NCBI GenBank assembly: GCA_020442475.1
Contig: JAGRKA010000007.1
Coordinates: forward strand, 491 to 64,490
Reading direction: 5' to 3'
From: Alphaproteobacteria bacterium
Lineage (GTDB): Bacteria; Pseudomonadota; Alphaproteobacteria; Micavibrionales; Micavibrionaceae
DNA length: 64,000 bases
This document shows positions 1 to 9,620 of this stretch, in pieces. Under the pieces are notes generated by a model that saw only the letters and a program-made list of their open reading frames with translations, ran no database searches and was not told the DNA's origin. Made by a program: the position numbers and the translations under genes. The first letter of the stretch is position 1. Every line of letters starts with the position of its first letter.

Positions 1-1182
1 CCCGATATTCAGATGGTCGATCCCCAAAAGCGGCAATTCGGAAACGCCAAGATCTTCGAGTTTCTCAAAATCCTCTGCTGTCAATTCATGGCCAGCCTCG
101 AACGACACAAGACCGGTTTTGGAATCGATAATATCAGCTGCGAGATAGTGCCCAACAAGCTGCTCCTGCTGAATCAGAATCTCTTTCAGGCCCTCTTCTG
201 CAAACTGCTTGGCCTTACGGGGGGTAATCTTTGTCCCCTCTTCAGCGACGACCTTACCGGTTTTTGCGTCAATCAAATCATAAGAGATCTTCACGCCGCG
301 CAAACGCTCGCTGTCAAAAGCCGTTTTCCAGCCTTTTTTGTCCTTCGCATATGTAACCGTACCATAGAAGGTGCCCAGAATTTCCTCATTCGACATGCCT
401 TGCACCAACAACGGATCGACCGTCTCGTCATTAGCTTCGCATTCTTTGCGGTAAGCATCCGTCTGCGCGGAATCCAACGCACGCAGCATCGTCGTCACCG
501 GCAGCTTCCGGCGGCGATCGATCCGCACATACATGTGGTCTTTCGCATCAAATTCAAAATCCAGCCAGGACCCGCGATAGGGGATCACGCGCGCCGAGAA
601 GAGATATTTCCCCGAAGCGTGCGTCTTTCCACCGTCATGATCGAAGAACACACCTGGAGAACGGTGCATCTGCGAAACGATCACGCGCTCGGTGCCGTTC
701 ACGACGAACGTTCCGTTTGCCGTCATGAGCGGCATGTCTACCATATAGACATCCTGCTCTTTAATATCGCGAATAGAGCGCAGCCCCGTATCCTCATCCA
801 CATCAAAAACGGACAGGCGCAGCGTCACACGCAGCGGCGCCGCATAGGTCATGCCGCGTTGCTGACACTCCTCAACATCATATTTAGGCTCTTCAAGCTC
901 ATATCTGACAAAATCAATCTCGGCCCGGTCGGAGAAATCCTTGATCGGGAAGACAGAGGAGAAAACTTCTTCAAGCCCCTGAAGATTCCGATCATCCGTT
1001 GCGATTTCCGCCTGCAAAAACTGCTCATAGGAACAGCGCTGCACCTCGATCAGATTTGGCATTGCCGCCACTTCTTCAATACGGCCAAAGTTCCGGCGCA
1101 CGCGCTTGCGGCCCGTGAAACTTTCAATACTGTTAGCCTGAGAACGTTGAGTTGCCTTTTTGTCTGTTGATGCTGCGCTCAT
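1..1182 (-). CDS. rpoB: DNA-directed RNA polymerase subunit beta, N-terminal 394 codons (continues beyond window start)
   Basis: Absent from the ORF track because it has no stop codon in the window. The reverse complement from the ATG (plus-strand CAT at 1180-1182) reads [34 protein letters not shown]...[26 protein letters not shown]. The frame stays open to position 1. The gene follows rplL, as in the canonical rplKAJL-rpoBC order. Confidence 0.93.
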   Translation of the reverse strand, partial: MSAASTDKKATQRSQANSIESFTGRKRVRRNFGRIEEVAAMPNLIEVQRCSYEQFLQAEIATDDRNLQGLEEVFSSVFPIKDFSDRAEIDFVRYELEEPKYDVEECQQRGMTYAAPLRVTLRLSVFDVDEDTGLRSIRDIKEQDVYMVDMPLMTANGTFVVNGTERVIVSQMHRSPGVFFDHDGGKTHASGKYLFSARVIPYRGSWLDFEFDAKDHMYVRIDRRRKLPVTTMLRALDSAQTDAYRKECEANDETVDPLLVQGMSNEEILGTFYGTVTYAKDKKGWKTAFDSERLRGVKISYDLIDAKTGKVVAEEGTKITPRKAKQFAEEGLKEILIQQEQLVGHYLAADIIDSKTGLVSFEAGHELTAEDFEKLEDLGVSELPLLGIDHLNIG

Positions 1183-1502
1183 GATCAATCCTATAATCTG
1201 TGTCGTCTTTTTATCCGGACAAAGCGAGATGCTTCAAAAAAAATTGACAGGTTTAATATCGTTGTCTTCAAACCCGCAGGATTATTAAAATCGGGACCTG
1301 ACACATGAAAAACACGAAAACCCGCTCTCAATCCCCCTCAAAGCCGGGAAACCGAAGCGGTCTTAATGTCCAGTCTATGTGTATTGCCTGCCCAAATCCT
1401 GCGGAATCCTAAAACCTGTCAAACCGGCCGCAACGCCTTCCCGGAAAAGTTCGTTCGCTTTATGGCCTACCCAAAGGGTCTTGTCAACCTCTTTGGAACA
1501 CG

Positions 1503-1548
1503 AAAAAACATTTCCCGCATCCAGTCGAACGACTTTCCGCGGGAAATG
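1503..1548 (-). terminator. Intrinsic terminator/attenuator between rplL and rpoB
   Basis: A perfect 10-bp stem (CATTTCCCGC at 1509-1518 pairs with GCGGGAAATG at 1539-1548) is followed on the minus strand by T6 (plus-strand A6 at 1503-1508). It lies 24 nt downstream of the rplL stop. A partial terminator is known at this position in other bacteria. Confidence 0.6.
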
Positions 1549-1571
1549 CTCTTAAACGTTTTAAAATCCGC

Positions 1572-1952
1572 TTACTTAAGCTCGACAGTTGCGCCGGCAG
1601 CTTCAAGTTTGGATTTGATTTCTTCTGCTTCAGCCTTGGCTGCGCCTTCTTTAACGGCCTTGCCACCGGCTTCAACCAGATCCTTGGCTTCTTTCAGGCC
1701 CAGACCCGTAATCGCGCGGACTTCTTTAATCACGGCGATTTTGTTTCCGCCTGCATTGGCCAGAATAACGTCGAAGGAGTCTTTTTCTTCCGCAGCGGCA
1801 GCATCACCACCGGCAGCAGCCACAACAGCGACAGGCGCAGCAGCGGCAGCCGTCACGCCCCACTTCTCTTCGAGAAGCTTGGACAGTTCGGCAGCTTCCA
1901 GAACGGACAGCTCGGACAGTTGTTCAACGATTTTTTCAAGATTAGCAGCCAT
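1572..1952 (-). CDS. rplL: 50S ribosomal protein L7/L12
   Basis: [33 protein letters not shown], an Ala-rich hinge, then ...[21 protein letters not shown]...ATVELK. This is typical L7/L12. Confidence 0.97.
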   Translation of the reverse strand: MAANLEKIVEQLSELSVLEAAELSKLLEEKWGVTAAAAAPVAVVAAAGGDAAAAEEKDSFDVILANAGGNKIAVIKEVRAITGLGLKEAKDLVEAGGKAVKEGAAKAEAEEIKSKLEAAGATVELK

Positions 1953-2003
1953 AGTATTTTCTCCTTTTCAAACAGCTAAAATTTAAAACTCTATTTCTAA
2001 TGC

Positions 2004-2519
2004 CTAGGACTTCTCGCCATACGCCTTCGTTACACCAACCAGATCGCGGGCAGGCGCTTGAAGGATACCGGCCAGTTTCGTCGGTGCGGCCACCAGCAGA
2101 CCCACAAGCTTGGAACGAAGCTCGTCGAGGCTCGGCAGGGAAGCCAGTTGCTGGACATCTTCGGCGCTCAGGACTTTTTCGCCCAGCGCGCCGCCCAGAA
2201 TAATCAGCTTTTTGTTATCTTTTGCGAATTTATGCGCAATCTTTGCCGCCGCCACAGGGTCCTGCGAGCTGGCTACGCCAGTCGGGCCGGCAAACAGATC
2301 ACCGATCCCTTCGAATTTCGTGCCCTTGAGCGCGAGTTTCGCCAGCGTATTCTTAGTCACCTTAAAGGATGCCCCTTCCGCACGCAGCTGCGCACGCAAA
2401 TTGCTGATCTCTTTTACGGTCAGGCCGGAATAATGGGTCAGGACGACAAGCTCGTCATTAGCGAAGCGCTCGTTCAGTTCCTGAATTTCCGTTTCCTTTT
2501 GTGCCCGGTTCATCCCCAT
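2004..2519 (-). CDS. rplJ: 50S ribosomal protein L10
   Basis: MNRAQKETEIQELNERFANDELVVLTHYSGLTVKEISNLRAQLR is L10-like. The position is immediately upstream of rplL. The start could be Met3 (2513). Confidence 0.93.
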   Translation of the reverse strand: MGMNRAQKETEIQELNERFANDELVVLTHYSGLTVKEISNLRAQLRAEGASFKVTKNTLAKLALKGTKFEGIGDLFAGPTGVASSQDPVAAAKIAHKFAKDNKKLIILGGALGEKVLSAEDVQQLASLPSLDELRSKLVGLLVAAPTKLAGILQAPARDLVGVTKAYGEKS

Positions 2520-2739
2520 GGCGTTTCTCCTTTAATCTATTCCAATAACAAAAAAGCAGCGTCCCTTTTACAGGCGCCGCCCATCCGAAAACAAAATAAA
2601 ACTCCGCAAAACCGGAATTATCATCTCGCCATCTATGCAGGGCTTATAAAATGCCTACAGTCTCGGACAGGCTTTCAATCTCTTTAACTCGCGGGGATGT
2701 GTATAGAAATTCCACATCCCCGTCAAGTATAAATTACAA

Positions 2740-3444
2740 TCAGGCAGCCTGTGACAGGCTCTCCGTATCAATCTTGATCCCCGGACCCATGGTGGAGGTC
2801 AGGGAGACTTTCTTGATATAGGTGCCTTTCGCGCCCGAAGGCTTGGCCTTCACGATTGCGCTATAGAAGGCGCGGACGTTTTCAGCCAGCTTTTTCTCGT
2901 CGAATGAGGCTTTCCCGACACCTGCATGCACGATCCCGGCCTTTTCAGCACGGAACTCAATCGCGCCGCCCTTGGCGTCTTTCACAGCTTTCGTCACATC
3001 AGGCGTCACCGTACCAAGTTTCGGGTTCGGCATCAGACCTTTAGGGCCGAGAATTTTTGCCACGCGGCCCACGAGCGCCATCATATCCGGCGTCGCGATG
3101 CAGCGGTCAAAATCTACCGTACCACCTTGAATGGCCTCAATCAGGTCTTCCGCCCCGACGATGTCCGCACCGGCCGCCTTGGCTTCCTTGGCTTTATCGT
3201 CCTTGGCGATGACAGCCACGCGCACGCTCGCGCCCGTACCGTTCGGCAAGGACACCATGCCGCGCACAGCCTGATCTGCATGGCGGGGATCGACGTTCAG
3301 ATTCATCGAAATTTCGATCGTTTCATCGAATTTCCGCGCCTTGGCCGTATCCTTGAGAATCTTCAGCGCCTCTTCCAGCGTGTAGAATTTCTCGCGGTCA
3401 ACCTTACCTAGAGCGTCTTTCATTTTTTTCGTCTGTTGTGCCAT
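2740..3444 (-). CDS. rplA: 50S ribosomal protein L1
   Basis: [32 protein letters not shown]...[12 protein letters not shown] is L1-like. I trimmed the track ORF (2740-3495) to the Met at 3444, which lies 4 nt after the rplK stop. Confidence 0.93.
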   Translation of the reverse strand: MAQQTKKMKDALGKVDREKFYTLEEALKILKDTAKARKFDETIEISMNLNVDPRHADQAVRGMVSLPNGTGASVRVAVIAKDDKAKEAKAAGADIVGAEDLIEAIQGGTVDFDRCIATPDMMALVGRVAKILGPKGLMPNPKLGTVTPDVTKAVKDAKGGAIEFRAEKAGIVHAGVGKASFDEKKLAENVRAFYSAIVKAKPSGAKGTYIKKVSLTSTMGPGIKIDTESLSQAA

Positions 3445-3448
3445 GATC

Positions 3449-3877
3449 CTAGTCCTCCACAACTTCGACGCCCATAGAGCGCGCCGAGCCTTCAATGATC
3501 TTCATCGCCGCTTCGATATCGTTAGCGTTCAGATCTTCCATTTTTTTCTCCGCGATCTCCTTGATTTTGGAGCGGCGGATCTGACCGGCCGTATCGCGGC
3601 CCGGTGCACCGGAGCCTTTTGGCAGCTTCGCAGCCTGCTTGATGAAATAGCTCGCAGGCGGTGTTTTTGTAATGAAGGTGAAGGAGCGATCTTCATACAC
3701 CGTGATAACCACAGGAATCGGAATGCCCTTGGAGTCTTCTGTCTTGGCGTTAAATGCCTTGCAGAATTCCATGATATTGACGCCGTGCTGACCGAGCGCG
3801 GGGCCGACAGGCGGAGACGGGTTAGCCGCGCCACCTGTAATAGTCAGGTTGATATAACCTGAGACTTTCTTTGCCAT
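3449..3877 (-). CDS. rplK: 50S ribosomal protein L11
   Basis: [46 protein letters not shown] is highly conserved L11. The start is trimmed to MAKK. Confidence 0.96.
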   Translation of the reverse strand: MAKKVSGYINLTITGGAANPSPPVGPALGQHGVNIMEFCKAFNAKTEDSKGIPIPVVITVYEDRSFTFITKTPPASYFIKQAAKLPKGSGAPGRDTAGQIRRSKIKEIAEKKMEDLNANDIEAAMKIIEGSARSMGVEVVED

Positions 3878-4030
3878 TTTGTCCTCCAAATGGTTTTGAG
3901 GTTACGTGGTCCGGCTCACCCATGGACTTGGCGGCTGAAGACCTCCCACATCTTTAACGGGCGGGACAATATATGACCCCGCAAAATCCGTCAACTTTTA
4001 AATGTTCATAATCGTTCCAGACAAGAATCA

Positions 4031-4140
4031 AGCCCCCTCTCCCCCACGGGGAGAGGGTTGGGGTGAGGGGGCTACGAACTTTGATATTATCTTATGAGCT
4101 TACCACCCCCACCCTAACCCTCCCCCCTCAAGGGGGAGGG
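4031..4140. repeat. G/C-tract palindromic repeat pair (two inverted copies of a hairpin unit)
   Basis: Copy 1 (4031-4073) is AGCCCCCTCTCCCCCACGGGGAGAGGGTTGGGGTGAGGGGGCT, containing hairpin CCCTCTCCCC/GGGGAGAGGG. Copy 2 (4103-4140) is CCACCCCCACCCTAACCCTCCCCCCTCAAGGGGGAGGG and is the approximate reverse complement. The two are separated by an AT-rich ~30-bp spacer. The pair lies between the gmk stop and the rplK 5' region. Confidence 0.7.
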
Positions 4141-4162
4141 AATTTAATTGAATGCAGTCAGC

Positions 4163-4804
4163 TCAAAGTCCGTCCTTTAGCCCCTTCACAAAACCGGACA
4201 GGCCTTGCATCCGGTGGCGCTTGAGGCGCTCGGCATCAAGAATAAGCTGGGCCTTTTTGATGGCTTCGTTTACGTCGCAGTTAATGATGACGTAATCATA
4301 TTCGCTGTAATGCGACATTTCGTCGGCGGCCTTGGACATACGGTGGCGAATTTCTTCCTCCGTCTCGCGCGTATCCCGCGAGCGGTTACGCAAACGCTTT
4401 TCCAGCGCGGCCCGCGCAGGCGGCAGGATAAAGACCGTCACAACGTCGTCCCGCGCGATCTCGACAAGCTGCTGCGTACCCTGCCAATCTATGTCAAACA
4501 TAATATCTTTTCCGGCCTGCAAAGCGTCCTCAACCGGCTTGCGAGGCGTACCGTAATAATGTTCGAAAACCTTCGCATGCTCCAGCATCTCGCCATTATC
4601 GACCATATCGCGAAAATCTTCGGGGCTAACGAAATAGTAATCCTGCCCGTGCACCTCCCCGGCGCGGCGCGGACGGGTCGTCGCAGACACGGAGATCGTC
4701 ACGTCTTTATTATCTTTGAGCAAAGCCCGCGTAATCGTGGTCTTACCCGCTCCAGACGGAGAAGACATCACATACATCAAACCGCGCCGTTTTAAACTGT
4801 CCAA
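4163..4804 (-). CDS. gmk: Guanylate kinase
   Basis: RRGLMYVMSSPSGAGKTTI (P-loop), ...SATTRPRRAGEVHGQDYYFVS...EHAKVFEHYYGTP. This is typical Gmk. Confidence 0.93.
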   Translation of the reverse strand: MDSLKRRGLMYVMSSPSGAGKTTITRALLKDNKDVTISVSATTRPRRAGEVHGQDYYFVSPEDFRDMVDNGEMLEHAKVFEHYYGTPRKPVEDALQAGKDIMFDIDWQGTQQLVEIARDDVVTVFILPPARAALEKRLRNRSRDTRETEEEIRHRMSKAADEMSHYSEYDYVIINCDVNEAIKKAQLILDAERLKRHRMQGLSGFVKGLKDGL

Positions 4805-4872
4805 GGTCCAAGCTTCCCTTTGATATTTTCCGTTTCTGGCATAAAACTAACCGGAAAAAAGGGGAAACTGCA

Positions 4873-5673
4873 ATGCTCAAATTCCACCATATTGTGATTA
4901 CAGGCGCCTCCAGCGGTATCGGCGAGGCTCTGGCCCTGCATTATGCCGCACCCGGCGTCCGGCTCAGCCTTAGCGGGCGCAATATGGAGCGTCTGGAATC
5001 GGTTGCCAAGCATTGCCGGGAAAAAGGCGCAGAAGCAGAAGGCGCTCTGGTTAATGTACGAGACGAAGCCGCCATGAAAAACTGGCTCTTAGAGGCGGAC
5101 AAACGTGCGCCGGTCGATCTTCTCATTGCCAATGCCGGCATTTCAGCAGGTACGGGCGGCGTAGAAAACGGCGAAGACAGCGCGCAAATCCATGAAGTTT
5201 TCGACGTGAATCTCAACGGCGTGCTTCATACGCTCCAGCCCCTCCTGCCTCTGATGCACGGGCGCGGATACGGGCATATCGCGCTGATGAGCTCGCTGGC
5301 CGGTTTTCGGGGCTGGCCGGGCGCTCCGGCCTATTGCGCCTCGAAAGCCGCGGTGAAAAGCTACAGGGAAGCCTTGCGCGGTTCCTTGCGATCTTCCGGC
5401 GTAAGCGTCCATGTCATCTGCCCCGGCTTTGTGACCTCGCGCATGACGGATGTGAACAACTTCCCGATGCCCTTCAAGATCGATGCGGACAAGGCAGCAC
5501 AGATCATCGCAAAAGGCATAGAACGAGATAAAGGCCGAATCGCCTTCCCCTTCATCCCCGCTCTTTTATGCTGGTTCCTAGGCGCCGCCCCCGATGCCCT
5601 CGCAGGACGCCTGTTAAAGGGTATGCCCGCCAAACGGGCTGCGGGAGATCAGAACCGTTTGAGTGAATCATGA
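4873..5673 (+). CDS. Short-chain dehydrogenase/reductase (SDR) family oxidoreductase
   Basis: ITGASSGIGEA (TGxxxGxG) and the YCASKAA (YxxxK) catalytic motif. Confidence 0.85.
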   Translation: MLKFHHIVITGASSGIGEALALHYAAPGVRLSLSGRNMERLESVAKHCREKGAEAEGALVNVRDEAAMKNWLLEADKRAPVDLLIANAGISAGTGGVENGEDSAQIHEVFDVNLNGVLHTLQPLLPLMHGRGYGHIALMSSLAGFRGWPGAPAYCASKAAVKSYREALRGSLRSSGVSVHVICPGFVTSRMTDVNNFPMPFKIDADKAAQIIAKGIERDKGRIAFPFIPALLCWFLGAAPDALAGRLLKGMPAKRAAGDQNRLSES

Positions 5674-5693
5674 TCCCACAACACAAAAATCCA

Positions 5694-5820
5694 CGTCACC
5701 CCCGCGGCCCTGCGTAGCAGGGCTTAAACAGCGGGGGTCCATAAAGGCGAGCGGCTTTGCCGCTCACATATGGATCCCGTTCGTTTAAGCGAAGCTTACA
5801 GCTTCGCCAACGGGATGACG
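5694..5820. repeat. MITE-like compound palindromic element, CGTCAYCCC...GGGATGACG family (copy 1)
   Basis: The termini CGTCACCCCCGCGG and CAACGGGATGACG are inverted. Internal hairpins are CCCTGCGTAGCAGGG, GAGCGGCTTTGCCGCTC and GCGAAGCTTACAGCTTCGC. It shares the blocks CGTCAYCCCCGCGG, CAGCGGGGRTCCA, GATCCCGTT and CAACRGGATGAC, in the same order, with the element at 12082-12219. Confidence 0.7.
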
Positions 5821-5845
5821 ATAGATCATGATTCCCTCAAACGAC

Positions 5846-6784
5846 TTAAAGAGAAAGCGCTTCAAACACAGCTTCCGCCGCAAGATCCGCAAGATCGTTT
5901 TCACGTAAAACCTGTACGGCCTCACCCTTAGGCGCATGGCGGACCGGATCGCTATGCCCGGAAAACAGGACGAGGCCGGAACATCCGGTCGCGCAGATCA
6001 GGTGCATCGGCCCCGTATCGTTCCCGACCGCCCCGGCGGCGCTGCGAGCCAGCGCCGTAATCTGCCCCAGCGAGGTTTGATCCGTGAGGTCTAGCGCCTC
6101 TGGGCAGTTTTGTGCAATCTCCTGCGCGGCCTCTTTTTCAGCCAAAGTCCCGATAATCACAGGCTGAACCCCTTCACCGGCCAGCATCGCGGCCAGCGCC
6201 GCATAGCCGGATGCGCTCCAGCGCTTTTCGGGCCGCTCCGGCGCACAGCCCGGCACGAGCAGGACGAAAGGTGATTTTAGCGGGAACGCCCCGATATCGC
6301 CGTCCATCCATTCGAGCCGGTCCACCTTGATGTCCGTGATCCCGGCCAGCGCAAGCGTTTGCACATGCCCGTCAAAAGCATGGCCTGCCGTGCGCTCCGG
6401 CGAGGTATTGCGGTGAGAACAGCCCTTCGCGACCCCAACCCATTCAGGCCGCCGGGATTTTGTGAACAGGCGGAAATACAAGCTCGTGCGGTCGTTATTC
6501 TGAAGGTCGTAAACGCGCGTAAAGCCGCCGCCATTCAGTTTTTTATGCAAACGGAGCCATCCCCCGATATCGGGCAGGCCGGGGCGCTCGTCCAGCCATA
6601 TCTCATCGACATAGCCGCAATCATGTGCGAATTTCTCAAACGGTTTTGTCGTTAAAAGCGTGATATGCGCCTGCGGATGCGCTTTGCGAATCGCTGCCAT
6701 CGGCCCAAGCGCCTGTATGAAATCGCCCAGCGCACCCAACTTGACAATCAGGATTCGCTCCGCCTGCTTCCCGCTCATGGTCAA
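5846..6784 (-). CDS. Glycosyltransferase family 9 (LPS heptosyltransferase-like)
   Basis: ILIVKLGALGDFIQALGPMAAIRKAHPQAHITLLT and the C-terminal GNDTGPMHL motif are typical of GT9 heptosyltransferases. Confidence 0.8.
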   Translation of the reverse strand: MTMSGKQAERILIVKLGALGDFIQALGPMAAIRKAHPQAHITLLTTKPFEKFAHDCGYVDEIWLDERPGLPDIGGWLRLHKKLNGGGFTRVYDLQNNDRTSLYFRLFTKSRRPEWVGVAKGCSHRNTSPERTAGHAFDGHVQTLALAGITDIKVDRLEWMDGDIGAFPLKSPFVLLVPGCAPERPEKRWSASGYAALAAMLAGEGVQPVIIGTLAEKEAAQEIAQNCPEALDLTDQTSLGQITALARSAAGAVGNDTGPMHLICATGCSGLVLFSGHSDPVRHAPKGEAVQVLRENDLADLAAEAVFEALSL

Positions 6785-6800
6785 AATCCCCGACTAATTC

Positions 6801-8036
6801 TTACTCCGCCGCCCTGATCCCGGTGGAACGCGTCCCGTGGAAAGGTCCATCAGGCCTTTCACGACCCGATATTCGGCCTCGCAAAAGTTCGGCGTAAACA
6901 TCCAGCGTTTTATCGGCCATCTGCTCTTTTGTGAAATGTTCAGCGACATGCGCCATAGCGCGCGTTGCCAGCATAACCCGTTGCTGCGGGGTTAAGGACA
7001 GGGCATCCTCGATCGCCCTGGCCAGTGCAGCCGAATCGCCCGGCGGCACAAGCCATCCTGTCTGGCCCCGTAAGATCGTCTCCTGCGCTCCGCCGTGATC
7101 CGTCGCGATAATCGGACGGCCCATCGCCTGCGCCTCGACCGGCACGCGCCCGAACCCTTCCGGGTCAGTTGAGGCCGAGACAACAACCGTGGCCAGCATA
7201 TAAGCCGCCGGCATATCCCGGCAATGATCGACAATTCGTACGCGCCCACCAAGATTTTTCTCCTGAATGAGCGCTTCCAGCTCTTTCCTGTATTCGCTGC
7301 GCCCCTGATCGGAACCGATGATTACACAGAACAGGTCGTTGCGCCCCAGCCGCGCCATAGCCTCGATCAGGACATGATGTCCCTTCCAGCGAGTCAGGCG
7401 ACCCGGCAACATAATGATATTGGCCCCGTCCGGGATTCGCCATTCCCCGGAGAGCGTGATCAGCCGTTCCGGTGTGACAGCAGTCGGGTGAAATTTTTCC
7501 AGCGGGATACCTCGGTGAATGAGCCGGATTTTCGAATCATCCAGCTTGTAGTTCTTACGCAGATAATCCGCGACATAGTGCGAAATGGCAATCACCCTCT
7601 CACCGTAAGCGATTGCGCCGTTATAACGCCGTTTAGCTTCTCCACTAATATTATAAGGCGCATGGCAGGTCGTCATAAAACGCGCCTGCGTCTTTTTACA
7701 GGCCTGCCAAGCGCTCCACGCCGGGGCACGACTGCGGGCATGGACGATATTAACGTTATAGCGCTCGATCAAGCGGCGCAGCTTGCCGATATTTTTCCAC
7801 ATCACGACCGGATTTTTGCTGTGCACCGGTAAATCAATATGGACTGCGCCGATCCGGGCTAGCTCGGACACGCGCGAGCCGCCATTGGAGACGATGATCG
7901 CCTGCGCCCCGCCCGCAACGAGTTCCGCCGCTATATCAATACATCCCTGCTCCGCGCCGCCGGGTCCAAGTTCGGGAATGACCTGCATAATCACAGGCTG
8001 GGTCTGAAAAGAAGTCATAAATGCGCCAATTGTCAC
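6801..8036 (-). CDS. Glycosyltransferase family 4
   Basis: The N-terminal GPGGAEQG and C-terminal EGFGRVPVEAQAMGRPIIATDHGGAQETI (EX7E-type) motifs. The start may be the internal Met at 8018. Confidence 0.8.
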   Translation of the reverse strand: MTIGAFMTSFQTQPVIMQVIPELGPGGAEQGCIDIAAELVAGGAQAIIVSNGGSRVSELARIGAVHIDLPVHSKNPVVMWKNIGKLRRLIERYNVNIVHARSRAPAWSAWQACKKTQARFMTTCHAPYNISGEAKRRYNGAIAYGERVIAISHYVADYLRKNYKLDDSKIRLIHRGIPLEKFHPTAVTPERLITLSGEWRIPDGANIIMLPGRLTRWKGHHVLIEAMARLGRNDLFCVIIGSDQGRSEYRKELEALIQEKNLGGRVRIVDHCRDMPAAYMLATVVVSASTDPEGFGRVPVEAQAMGRPIIATDHGGAQETILRGQTGWLVPPGDSAALARAIEDALSLTPQQRVMLATRAMAHVAEHFTKEQMADKTLDVYAELLRGRISGRERPDGPFHGTRSTGIRAAE

Positions 8037-8092
8037 TGCTCTTTTGATCGTATATCTATAAGGCTGGAAAAACGAATAGGCAAGACAAGACC

Positions 8093-8881
8093 ATGCATAA
8101 TGCCGAAGAGACCTCCGTACCCGTTAGCTACCTCCGGCGCGCAGGAAAACCTGCCTTGGCCTACAGATATTCTCCGCCGGACCCTCAAAAGAGCCATTGG
8201 CCGCTTGTCATGTTCTGCGGCGGCTATAAATCCGATATGGAGGGCACAAAAGCTACGTGGCTTGAAGCGCAATGCCGGGCACGCGGGCAAGGCTTTCTGC
8301 GCTTTGATTATTCAGGGCATGGGCGCTCCGAAGGGGCTTTCGAAGACGGGACAATTGGCGCCTGGATGGAGGATGCGCTCACCATCCTTGATGAAATCGC
8401 ACAAGGCCCTGTCCTGCTGGTCGGCTCCTCCATGGGCGGCTGGATTGCCCTGCTTCTGGCACGAGCGCGGGCCGGGAAAGTGCAAGGGCTGATCGGCATC
8501 GCTGCCGCGCCGGATTTCACGGAAGAGCTCTATGCACTGCGCCTGTCCGACGCCCAAAAAATACAGCTTGCAGAACAAGGCTATGCCGAAATTCCCAATG
8601 ATTACAGCGACGAGCCTTACCATTTCACGAAAAATTTCTATGAAGAAGCCAAAGAGCATCTTCTTTTGACACATTCACAAACTGTTGATTTCCCGCTACG
8701 CCTTATTCAAGGCATGCAGGATAAGGACGTGCCGTGGGAAACAGCTCTTAAAATCCAGAAAAATTACGACGGCCCGGAAATTGATACGATTTTTGTCGAT
8801 GACGGGGATCATAGCCTGTCCCGGCCCGAAGACCTGACGCTGATCGATAAGGAGATCAAAAGCCTGTCGGGTATTCTATAA
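8093..8881 (+). CDS. Alpha/beta hydrolase
   Basis: Nucleophile elbow LVGSSMGGW (GxSxG) and the late DGDH His motif. Confidence 0.75.
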   Translation: MHNAEETSVPVSYLRRAGKPALAYRYSPPDPQKSHWPLVMFCGGYKSDMEGTKATWLEAQCRARGQGFLRFDYSGHGRSEGAFEDGTIGAWMEDALTILDEIAQGPVLLVGSSMGGWIALLLARARAGKVQGLIGIAAAPDFTEELYALRLSDAQKIQLAEQGYAEIPNDYSDEPYHFTKNFYEEAKEHLLLTHSQTVDFPLRLIQGMQDKDVPWETALKIQKNYDGPEIDTIFVDDGDHSLSRPEDLTLIDKEIKSLSGIL

Positions 8882-8904
8882 ACCCTACACCGCAGTGCGT
8901 TTTT

Positions 8905-9345
8905 TTATTTTCTTTTATATTTCAACTGACCGGAGCTGCGGGATTTCTTGAAACCCGAATCGGTTGCCCGCCCGCTGGAATAGACCCGCCCGCCGGACTC
9001 AGCGAAAGGCCATAGATGGAGCACCCGTAAAATCCCAAGAATAAAATAGAAAAAGCCTGCAAATAAAAGCCCGGCGACAAAAGCCTTAATCGTAAGCAGG
9101 GAATCGATAATTGCCCAGGATTCCGGCGCAACGCTGCGCACGACGAATGCATAGCTTTCCGGTGCATACTCCGTCCATATAAAGCCCAAAGAGGCAAAAT
9201 GTGTACCCGCACCCTTTTCATTGGCAATAAGAGAGTCGGGCAAGGAGTCCAAACCGTAATTGACAACGAACAGATAAATATCATGCCCCAGCGCAACCAG
9301 CGCCGGAATCGCAACAACAAACATAAAGAGCCGGACACCCTGCAT
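8905..9345 (-). CDS. Hypothetical membrane protein
   Basis: Hydrophobic segments include FMFVVAIPALVALGHDIYLFVV and AFVAGLLFAGFFYFILGIL. No family recognised. Confidence 0.5.
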   Translation of the reverse strand: MQGVRLFMFVVAIPALVALGHDIYLFVVNYGLDSLPDSLIANEKGAGTHFASLGFIWTEYAPESYAFVVRSVAPESWAIIDSLLTIKAFVAGLLFAGFFYFILGILRVLHLWPFAESGGRVYSSGRATDSGFKKSRSSGQLKYKRK

Positions 9346-9493
9346 GACAATCCCCTTGATTCACAACAAACAAACCCGGCTTTATCCTAACAGCGATCAC
9401 TCTTTTACAAAAGAGTGTTCTACGCTCTTGAGTTTTTTTATTCAAACGGCTAGTGTGCCGCGTTCGCCGGGAAGTTAAGGCTTTCCGTCCCAA

Positions 9494-9583
9494 GGTGAGG
9501 TGGCCGAGTGGCTTAAGGCGCACGCTTGGAAAGCGTGTTAGGGCTTACCCCCTACGCGGGTTCGAATCCCGCCCTCACCGCCA
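9494..9583 (+). tRNA. tRNA-Ser (anticodon GGA)
   Basis: GGTGAGGTGGCCGAGTGG... with anticodon stem-loop CACGC-TTGGAAA-GCGTG, a long variable arm, T-arm GGGTTCGAATCCC, acceptor complement CCCTCACC-G and an encoded CCA. Confidence 0.93.
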
Positions 9584-9620
9584 TTTTCCCTTTCATTACC
9601 ATCGCTGATAATAGAGGCTT

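Noticed and set aside
13-1170. 385-aa + strand ORF at the window start
   Set aside because: It lies antisense to an unmistakable rpoB N-terminal coding sequence on the minus strand. Its Arg/His-rich, low-complexity translation is typical of a shadow ORF in GC-rich coding DNA.
9346-9620. tRNA-Ser as a possible genomic-island integration site
   Set aside because: No integrase, no direct repeat of the tRNA 3' end, and housekeeping genes (mltG, fabF) lie immediately downstream.
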